A DNA stretch of 64,000 nt from contig CBDDTI010000747.1 of assembly GCA_965233585.1 (NCBI GenBank), positions 192,001-256,000 on the forward strand. The letters are read 5' to 3'. Below the pieces are notes generated by a model, which did no database searches, was not told the DNA's origin, and worked only from the letters and a program-made list of their open reading frames with translations. Shown here one piece after another: positions 49,094-56,879 of this stretch (position 1 is its first letter; every line of letters starts with the position of its first letter). The position numbers and the translations under genes were made by a program. This DNA is from a bacterium (lineage in GTDB: Bacteria; SAR324; NAC60-12).

Positions 49094-50410
49094 ATGTCCA
49101 ATTCTTTTAACTTAAAATCATCAATCCAGTCCTTTCTTTATTTGGCATTAAATTTACCAATCGTTTGCCATTATGACAGGCTGTTCCGATTTTTACCTTC
49201 ATTCTTACAAAAATACGTCCTTCGTTTGCTGAGGTATGAAGGTGAGTTGTTTTCTGTCAAAGGTGGGGTCATCAAAGGTTGGGCGTGGTGTGCTTATAAA
49301 CCAAACTTGCCAATCCAAGTTGATGTTTACAATGGCAACATTCGTTTAATGACTATCAATGCCAATTTGTCAGATGTTTCAAAAAATGGTGGAGGCACGC
49401 ATGGCTTTCTGTGTCAACTTCCAACAAATTCAAACTTTCCTATTTCTGTCATCAGAATCAAATATGCAGGCACTTCAATTGAATTGAAACATCACAGTCC
49501 CAAGCTAGTAGGTCAGCACTCTGAAGACATGATTTTAACTGACGTGCCTTGGGTGCATTCTCCCTTCTTTAAAAAATTGCTAGATAGCAAGTGTCAAAAT
49601 GATGAACAAAAACAGCTGGCAACTCAATTCCACCAAGAAGGCTATGCGATTATTGAAGATGTTATCAATGACCAGAACGTTGCAGAACTCATTGATGCCG
49701 TACAACCGCTTTTTAATGCTGAAGTCCAAGAAGGACCACGAAGCTATTACAGAGTTCAAGATGCTTGGCAAGAAGCCCCAATCGTCCGCCACTTAGCAGC
49801 CAATCCCAAAATCTATGAAATCTTGAGGTTTTTGTATGGTAGAGAACCCCTACCCTTCCAAACACTAAACTTTAAGTATGGATCGCAACAAAGAAATCAT
49901 TCTGACATGATCCATTTTAGCTCTTTACCAAGTCAATATATGTGTGGAATATGGGTTGCATTAGAAGATTTGCACAGTCACAACGGACCCTTGTTTTACT
50001 ATGCAGGTTCTCACCATGAAAGAGACTACACTTATTACGACATGATTCTTTCTGCCCAGAGTCAAAAACGAAGTTATGAAGATTTTATAGAACAGCTGAT
50101 GCAAGCCAAAAACTACCAAAAGAAAGAACTCCATGTGAAGAAAGGGAGTGCTTTAATTTGGGCGGCAAACTTGGTTCATGGGGGCATGCCCATTTTAGAA
50201 AAAGGAAGCACTCGTTGGTCTCAAGTGACTCATTATTTTTTTGAGAATTGTTTGTATTACTCTCCACGTGATTCCAACCCAATCACAGGTGATTATTGCT
50301 TGCTTCATTTAAAAGATATTACAACAGGCAAGCCACTCCAACACACATATCATGGACTGCCAGTTCGTTTGAAAAATATTGGCAACCATCGTTATAAAAT
50401 TTCTTTTTAA
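49094..50410 (+). CDS. Phytanoyl-CoA dioxygenase (PhyH) family 2OG-Fe(II) oxygenase with N-terminal extension
   Basis: GSQQRNHSD, GIWVALED, NGPLFYYAGSH, NLVHGG, RWSQVTHY. Confidence 0.85.
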   Translation: MSNSFNLKSSIQSFLYLALNLPIVCHYDRLFRFLPSFLQKYVLRLLRYEGELFSVKGGVIKGWAWCAYKPNLPIQVDVYNGNIRLMTINANLSDVSKNGGGTHGFLCQLPTNSNFPISVIRIKYAGTSIELKHHSPKLVGQHSEDMILTDVPWVHSPFFKKLLDSKCQNDEQKQLATQFHQEGYAIIEDVINDQNVAELIDAVQPLFNAEVQEGPRSYYRVQDAWQEAPIVRHLAANPKIYEILRFLYGREPLPFQTLNFKYGSQQRNHSDMIHFSSLPSQYMCGIWVALEDLHSHNGPLFYYAGSHHERDYTYYDMILSAQSQKRSYEDFIEQLMQAKNYQKKELHVKKGSALIWAANLVHGGMPILEKGSTRWSQVTHYFFENCLYYSPRDSNPITGDYCLLHLKDITTGKPLQHTYHGLPVRLKNIGNHRYKISF

Positions 50411-50544
50411 AGTCCATTTTTGGGGCAAGATGTTGTCAAACTAGCAAAGTCTTTGCAGTGTCTATTTGAAGCTACGATTTGGTAGCACTTGAATATGTCT
50501 TTTCACTAAGGCATTGTTTAACTTAATTTTAATTGGATCAATCT

Positions 50545-52530
50545 ATGAAAAAATTATCTTCCTTCCTTGCTTCCCTTTTGTTTTTGGGAACAACTGTTTG
50601 GGCAGCTGGAACAACAACCAAAACCCAAACATACATCATCACCCCCAATGTTCTGGAGGCGTTAAGAACAGACTTGCAACAGGCGAAGTTCAGCAATATT
50701 GAAGGACTATTGGGCAAACTTGCTAACATTCAAAGTCAAGAGTTTCATAGCCGATTTGCGATGAGCAATGAAGTCCAAAATCTGTTACCTGAGGCAGAAG
50801 AGAATCTTGTCAATCTTGTCATTTATCGTTCGCAAGACAAAGCCTCTTTTCCTAGACCTGTTTCCACCTACATCGGAGAGAAAGAACGTGGAATCGGTGA
50901 GTTGCTTCAAGCAAGAATCGCAGTTGACCCATTCAATTTGATTGCATCGTTGATTTTTTTGTGTGCCATTCTTCACACGTTTTTTGCAGGAAGGATTACT
51001 GCCAAGGCGCATCATTACCACCATGAATACGAACACTCTGTTGAAGAAAAAAAACCAAAGGAATCCAAACGTGTGCTTTCTGTGATTTACCATTTTTTGG
51101 GTGAAGTAGAGGCAGTTTTTGGGATTTGGGCAGTGGTCTTAGCTGTTGTTTTTTCCACCTTTAAAGGAATGGGGGCGATGAAGGAATACTTTGTCAATGT
51201 CAATTACACCGAACCGATGTTTGTTGTGATCATCATGACTTTGGCTTCTACACGACCCGTGATTCAACTTGCAGAATTGTTAATGTCCAAAGTAGCCAAT
51301 ATGCTAGGAGGCACTTTGACTGCATGGTGGTTGACCATTATGACATTAGGACCTATTCTAGGCTCATTCATTACAGAACCTGCTGCCATGACGATTTCTG
51401 CACTGCTGTTGGCAAATAAATTTTATTCTCTCAAACCAAGCCATATTTTATCTTATGCAACGTTAGGGTTGCTTTTTGTCAATATCTCGGTAGGCGGGAC
51501 ACTTTCCCATTTTGCCGCACCTCCTGTTTTGATGGTTGCTGCGCCTTGGGGCTGGGATTTTCTCTTCATGCTCACGCATTTTGGCTGGAAAGCCGTGATT
51601 GGGATTGTCATTGCAACAGGGCTGTATTGGGCATTTTTCAAAAAAGAATTTGCAAAATTAGAGGAACAGTATGCAGATTTATTAGAATTGAAGTCGTTGC
51701 AAGATTCTGAGTTGGATACTGCAAAAATCAAAACAGACACAGAAAATGCTGTGGAGACCTTCCGAGAAGAATTAGGATTCTTGGAACGTGCCATGGCTCA
51801 ATTCAATGAAGTCAGAGCCAAGCTCAAACAACATTTTGCATCAGGCTTTCAAAAGTCTCCTAGATTAGAGGGAGTTTTTGACCAAATTTTTGACCAAACC
51901 TGTCAACGTGAAATTGAAAAAAGCATGCCTGCCTTGATTGAGCCTAAAAAACGTCCTGCATATCTTGACCCCAGATGGGATCAACGTGAAGACCCTACTC
52001 CTGCATGGGTGATGGTCGTCCATGTTTTGTTTATGGTTTGGACAGTGTTTTATGCACATTATCCCCCAATGTTTATTGGAGGATTTTTGTTTTTTCTTGG
52101 CTTTGCAAAAATTACTGAACCTTGCCAAAACAGAGTGGACCTCAAACCTGCATTGTTGGTTGGGTTTTTCCTTGCGGGGCTAGTCATTCATGGTGGTTTA
52201 CAAGCATGGTGGATTCAGCCTGTTCTTGGGTCATTGTCTGAAGTCCCCTTGATGCTTGGTGCAACTGTGTTAACTGCATTCAATGATAATGCGGCAATCA
52301 CTTATTTAAGCACTCTTGTCCCAGGATTTACTGACAGCTTAAAATATGCAGTGGTGGCAGGAGCGGTGACAGGTGGTGGTTTGACTGTGATTGCCAATGC
52401 TCCAAATCCTGCAGGGCAGTCCATACTTTCCAGATTTTTTCAAGGGGGCATTTCACCTGCTAACTTGGCTCTTTCGGCATTAATTCCAACAATCATTATG
52501 GGACTCGCTTTTATGCTTCTGCCTCATTAA
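50545..52530 (+). CDS. Putative Na+/H+ antiporter (DUF1504-like) with soluble insertions
   Basis: FLGEVEAVFG, NYTEP, LGSFITEPAAMT, NISVGGTL.HFAAPP, DNAAITYL, IANAPNPAG. Confidence 0.82.
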   Translation: MKKLSSFLASLLFLGTTVWAAGTTTKTQTYIITPNVLEALRTDLQQAKFSNIEGLLGKLANIQSQEFHSRFAMSNEVQNLLPEAEENLVNLVIYRSQDKASFPRPVSTYIGEKERGIGELLQARIAVDPFNLIASLIFLCAILHTFFAGRITAKAHHYHHEYEHSVEEKKPKESKRVLSVIYHFLGEVEAVFGIWAVVLAVVFSTFKGMGAMKEYFVNVNYTEPMFVVIIMTLASTRPVIQLAELLMSKVANMLGGTLTAWWLTIMTLGPILGSFITEPAAMTISALLLANKFYSLKPSHILSYATLGLLFVNISVGGTLSHFAAPPVLMVAAPWGWDFLFMLTHFGWKAVIGIVIATGLYWAFFKKEFAKLEEQYADLLELKSLQDSELDTAKIKTDTENAVETFREELGFLERAMAQFNEVRAKLKQHFASGFQKSPRLEGVFDQIFDQTCQREIEKSMPALIEPKKRPAYLDPRWDQREDPTPAWVMVVHVLFMVWTVFYAHYPPMFIGGFLFFLGFAKITEPCQNRVDLKPALLVGFFLAGLVIHGGLQAWWIQPVLGSLSEVPLMLGATVLTAFNDNAAITYLSTLVPGFTDSLKYAVVAGAVTGGGLTVIANAPNPAGQSILSRFFQGGISPANLALSALIPTIIMGLAFMLLPH

Positions 52531-52557
52531 TTTTTTACCCACTCTATAAATCAAGAA

Positions 52558-52851
52558 ATGATAAAAAAATGTATTGGTTTCATGCTTTTGGTGTTGTTCA
52601 TTTCTTCTTGTACAGAAGAGACACGCAATCAATGGTTCCGCCAAGCAGATAACATTTTGGGAAAGGACTTGCGTGTGTCTTATGTGGACAATGGTGTCAT
52701 TGTCAAAACATGGATTGTACGAGACAGCAAAATCACAACGGGCAAAGATGAACAAGGTCAGGTGCTTGGATACTACTATTTTTGGGACGAAAAAATAGGC
52801 TATGTCCAAACTCCCATTGTCAGAACGATTATTGAGGAATTAAGAGACTAA
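52558..52851 (+). CDS. Small hypothetical lipoprotein
   Basis: Lipobox ISSC; 97 aa. Confidence 0.65.
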   Translation: MIKKCIGFMLLVLFISSCTEETRNQWFRQADNILGKDLRVSYVDNGVIVKTWIVRDSKITTGKDEQGQVLGYYYFWDEKIGYVQTPIVRTIIEELRD

Positions 52852-52951
52852 GTCTCATCAGTCTTGTCATGCGCTGTAAGTGAGTGATTGAAAAACTGAT
52901 AAAGACTATGATAGAATAGGCGGTTTACTTTCATTCGGAGACAAGATTTCA

Positions 52952-54634
52952 ATGTCATTGCTGCACACCACTGCCTATCATTTACTAATTTTCTTCTATA
53001 GATACAGATCTTTTGGTATTTTTTCACTCATCACGCTGGGAGTCATTGCATTAGACATTCTTTTTGAAAAATTAGTTTACCAGAGCTACACCCGTTTTCT
53101 TACAAATACTTTTGACAAGATTGAGGTGTTATCAGAGCTGGATTTGTCCTTTGCTCCTGAAGTGTGGCTCAGTTTGCTCGGCATGGTGTTGGGGACGCTC
53201 ATCATTGTCATCTCTATCGCATCTCAGAGCATTCCCAAGCTGATTGATTTGTATATGGAAGACATATACAGCTTATGCTACGTCTGGCTTTTGATTGTCT
53301 CCAGCGCCCATGTCGTGATTATCAAGTTGTATGGTGAAATTGACGTCGTCAGGGAGTCAAGCCGTGTCTTTAATATCCATATTCTGTTGCCCATCTGCAT
53401 TGCACTTGCGTTTCCTTACATTTACTACATTCTCAAATATACCAAACCAGACAACGTCATTAGCAAAATCTTTCACAGTTGCCGAAAAAATATTGACAAT
53501 TTAACTCATGCAACTGTCCAACAACGTCTCAGCTCTCCTACTTACCTAGAAAATTTTCAATACTATCTATTTGACGCACTCAATCAACTGGACGACCTCC
53601 TTGAGTATGTCTCTTTCAAAGAACCCAAAGCAGATATTGTCTATCGCATTAGCGAATTGACACGTGAATATATCAAGACCAAGCCAGACATTCCTAAAGT
53701 TTTTTTCAAAATCTCTCCCCGTGTCCAGCTTGATATTTCTTTCCGCACTATGACAGGACAGTTTTTGGAAATGGAGAAGCAAAATAATTTTTATGAACAA
53801 AAATGTTTGAGTGTTTTGGGCAACATTTACATCAATTTTCTTGAAGAAAAATACTTTGACCTTGCCTCTTTGTGTGCCTCTGAACATGTAGAAATTGCTA
53901 AAGTGGCGATTGAAATGGAAGACCATCATGTCATTGACACATTGATCGTTCGTTTCAATACACTTCTGCGGTTTGGAATCAAACATGGCTTAAAAAACAG
54001 CGAACCAAGAAACTTGTATAACGCTATTTTTTACTATGGAAGTTTTGTAGAGTGGCTTGCAAGGGCAGGAATGGTGGACTCTGTCAAAAAAGCGTTTACA
54101 TACTTTAGGATTTATGGCAATGAAGTCTATAAACATGGGTCCATTGTGCCAACAATGTACTTCATCGTTGATGTCTTTGCAGTAGAGATGAAGAAGACTC
54201 TCATTTTTGCCCATGAAAATTCGTGGTCTCCTGAAGTTCAAAGTCAATTATTGAAAGAATTTTTGATGATTGACATGCCCCCAGACTTAGGAAAAAAAGA
54301 CATCAACATCAAAGTTCTTGCCAACAGTGGAACAAGAATTTTGCAGATTGCTCTGTCTCTTCATTTTCTGAAGCATGGACAAAACGAATTTGCAGGTAAA
54401 ATTTTTGATGATTTACTTGATGACCTTGAGATTATGGGCGAGGCTCTCTTTCGCCAAACCATCACTAATTCGTGCAATCGCTTGCAATTTTCTGGTCCCA
54501 CATTTTGGGAATATACCGACCGTGGTAACATGAACATGTATTACACACCAGACCAAGACCAAATTGAAAAATTTCGTGCCTTGATGAACGCCAAAGCAGA
54601 TTTTAAGTTGAAAAAGAAAGCCCAATCTGCATGA
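52952..54634 (+). CDS. DUF2254-like membrane protein
   Basis: 4 N-terminal TMs, IVISIASQSIPKLI motif, helical C-terminal domain. Confidence 0.6.
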   Translation: MSLLHTTAYHLLIFFYRYRSFGIFSLITLGVIALDILFEKLVYQSYTRFLTNTFDKIEVLSELDLSFAPEVWLSLLGMVLGTLIIVISIASQSIPKLIDLYMEDIYSLCYVWLLIVSSAHVVIIKLYGEIDVVRESSRVFNIHILLPICIALAFPYIYYILKYTKPDNVISKIFHSCRKNIDNLTHATVQQRLSSPTYLENFQYYLFDALNQLDDLLEYVSFKEPKADIVYRISELTREYIKTKPDIPKVFFKISPRVQLDISFRTMTGQFLEMEKQNNFYEQKCLSVLGNIYINFLEEKYFDLASLCASEHVEIAKVAIEMEDHHVIDTLIVRFNTLLRFGIKHGLKNSEPRNLYNAIFYYGSFVEWLARAGMVDSVKKAFTYFRIYGNEVYKHGSIVPTMYFIVDVFAVEMKKTLIFAHENSWSPEVQSQLLKEFLMIDMPPDLGKKDINIKVLANSGTRILQIALSLHFLKHGQNEFAGKIFDDLLDDLEIMGEALFRQTITNSCNRLQFSGPTFWEYTDRGNMNMYYTPDQDQIEKFRALMNAKADFKLKKKAQSA

Positions 54635-54869
54635 AATGAAACTCTACTTTCAACTCTCTAAATCCAAATCTCATCTTCATCTGACAATTCCCTCCTCTTT
54701 TCAAACACCTCTCTTTTTTTCCTCACTCTTGAGTCCCAAGCCATGAGTCATCTCCCCATGGTTCATCAAAAAATCCTCTTCAACTCAAAAACTCAAAATC
54801 AAACATTCTCACCTCGTGAGAATGCGACTTCAGCATCATGTCCTTGCATGTTTCAGTTTGGCATACACT

Positions 54870-54885
54870 TGGCATAATGGTTGCT
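54870..54885 (+). promoter_or_regulatory. Putative sigma54 (-24/-12) promoter
   Basis: TGGCATAATGGTTGCT matches GG-N10-GC consensus; overlapping second match TGGCATACACTTGGC at 54859. Confidence 0.65.
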
Positions 54886-54911
54886 TATTTACAATTCAAT
54901 CAAACCAAACT

Positions 54912-55130
54912 ATGAAACTTTCTTTAAGCAAACTAGTTATCATTTTCATTTTAGTCATCGTTGCCATTCTTGCCCTGCACCCAGAATTGACAGAAGAAAG
55001 CCAGATGCTGCAACTCGGTTTAAGTCAGTTATGGGTCAGCCTTCAAGAAGTGGGTCAAGTACTTTGGGAAATGGGAGAATCTGTTGCAGAAATTTTTAAG
55101 TTTTTGTGGAATAAATATATTTCTAATTAA
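54912..55130 (+). CDS. Small single-TM hypothetical protein
   Basis: MKLSLSKLVIIFILVIVAILALHP; 72 aa. Confidence 0.6.
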   Translation: MKLSLSKLVIIFILVIVAILALHPELTEESQMLQLGLSQLWVSLQEVGQVLWEMGESVAEIFKFLWNKYISN

Positions 55131-55150
55131 TTATAAGTAATGAGGTCAAT

Positions 55151-55558
55151 ATGAATCCAGTTAAACGCTCATATCAGTTTCGGATACTGGTGAATTTTCG
55201 GGTGAGCCCTAATATCAATCTTCCAATTTTAGTTGATAGAATCCGTTGGGAAGAGATGATGAGTGTTGCAGATTCTGCATGTATGGAGGCACAGTGCCGA
55301 TTTTTAGATTTAGCACACCATGAGAATCAGCTGACATTGTTGATTGCCTTAAAAAAATCAGACTTACACTCTACTTTAGATCAGCTGGAGGTAGAGTTTA
55401 ACAGGAAAATGAAATCGGTGATCCAGCCCCTAGAAGAACATTTCATGGGTGGAAGCTTTTTTGAGGAAATTGCTTGTTCTAGTGCTGATGCAGACGGTGC
55501 CACATCTTTGCCCAAAAAAGCATCATACCAAAAACAAAAAGAAGCAGTCCCTAGCTGA
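55151..55558 (+). CDS. Hypothetical protein resembling an inactivated IS200/IS605 TnpA (Y1 HUH) fold
   Basis: gagg RBS; by-eye alignment to IS200 TnpA with DHVHLL replaced by NQLTLL; ends at TGA in frame with next ORF. Confidence 0.5.
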   Translation: MNPVKRSYQFRILVNFRVSPNINLPILVDRIRWEEMMSVADSACMEAQCRFLDLAHHENQLTLLIALKKSDLHSTLDQLEVEFNRKMKSVIQPLEEHFMGGSFFEEIACSSADADGATSLPKKASYQKQKEAVPS

Positions 55559-55600
55559 AGAGAAACCAATCCCCAACAGCAGTGGTATGCTCTCATTGGT

Positions 55601-55981
55601 TTGATTTCGTCATACGCATTCCATCACGACCAAGCAGACACTGTTGCAGGAATCAACCAAGACTGGTGTCATCAAACTCTCCAAACACTGCTGAACATCT
55701 GTTCTGAAAACCACAAGTCTTTGTTAGATACCATTTCAGAACTACTAGAATTTAATACTCTTGTCAAAACAGGAATGATCTCTCCAGAAGGAAACCCCCC
55801 TCCTGATTTAGAAGATATTGCAAAACACATCTGGCGTGAATGCCAAGACAAATCTTTTGTTGAAACTCTCCAATTTCTCATCAATCAAAGAAAAATGATG
55901 CTGCAAGAGTTATCGGACTCTGTCAACGTTCTAAGCCAGAAAACACAAGCCATTTCCATTGAAAATCTTTGTCAAATTTAA
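55601..55981 (+). CDS. Hypothetical helical protein, in frame with 55151..55558 (possibly one gene)
   Basis: Only a TTG start with no evident RBS; the frame is open from 55559. Confidence 0.5.
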   Translation: MISSYAFHHDQADTVAGINQDWCHQTLQTLLNICSENHKSLLDTISELLEFNTLVKTGMISPEGNPPPDLEDIAKHIWRECQDKSFVETLQFLINQRKMMLQELSDSVNVLSQKTQAISIENLCQI

Positions 55982-56100
55982 TTGATTTATTTGATAAATT
56001 TCAAAATAAATTTGAATTTATGTGTTGCACTTTTTTTCAATATTCTTTTTAATATCCGTTTTCGTTTTAAAAATCCTATCCTTTTAAAGCAGTTAGATTT

Positions 56101-56868
56101 ATGAAGAGAAAAGCGTATTGGCTCTTTTTTATTTCATTCTCACTTTTGCTGGGAGCATTATCCAGTGTTCATGCACAAGAGATGTCTGCTCAACCACAAG
56201 CTGTACCAGCACATGCCGTTGAACAGCCCATCGCATTTAGTCATCAGTTGCATGCCACAGAAAATCAGACTCCCTGTCAATATTGCCATATTTACGCAAG
56301 ACGTTCTTCGTCTTCTGGTGTTCCATCGGTGAACATTTGTATTGGTTGTCATGGAACGAAGCAAATGCCCATCATCGCACCCGATTCTGCTGAAGTTGCT
56401 AAACTTCGTGATTATTGGGACAAGCAAGAGCCAATTCCTTGGCAAAAAGTGCATGACGTGCCTGACTTCGTGAGGTTTCCTCATAAATCCCATATCAACG
56501 CCAGTCCAACACGTTTTGTTGAAGGAGCAGAAAGTGCTTGCGACCCCAATCAAGATTCACGTTCCACAGCGTGTATGATTAAACTGTTCAAGCAAGGTGG
56601 AGACACGAGATGTCAAGCCTGCCACGGAAACATTGCAAGTATGCCTGTTGTCTATCAAGTAGATGAGAATTTTGCTGACATGGGGTGGTGTCTGAATTGT
56701 CATTTACAAGTCAAAGGAGCTAAAGCCCGCAAATCATTGACAAGCACTATGGGGGCTTGGTTTAACTTCCAAGAAGAAGAAAAACAAAGGCTCAAGAACA
56801 TGGCTTTGCTCAACCCCAAAGGGTATCACAACCCCAACATTTCTGACTGTGCTGCTTGTCATTACTAG
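56101..56868 (+). CDS. actA: Alternative complex III pentaheme cytochrome c subunit
   Basis: QPIAFSH..H; five CxxCH motifs (CQYCH, CIGCH, CQACH, CLNCH, CAACH); PDFVRFPH. Confidence 0.9.
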   Translation: MKRKAYWLFFISFSLLLGALSSVHAQEMSAQPQAVPAHAVEQPIAFSHQLHATENQTPCQYCHIYARRSSSSGVPSVNICIGCHGTKQMPIIAPDSAEVAKLRDYWDKQEPIPWQKVHDVPDFVRFPHKSHINASPTRFVEGAESACDPNQDSRSTACMIKLFKQGGDTRCQACHGNIASMPVVYQVDENFADMGWCLNCHLQVKGAKARKSLTSTMGAWFNFQEEEKQRLKNMALLNPKGYHNPNISDCAACHY

Positions 56869-56879
56869 GAGTTAAATTG

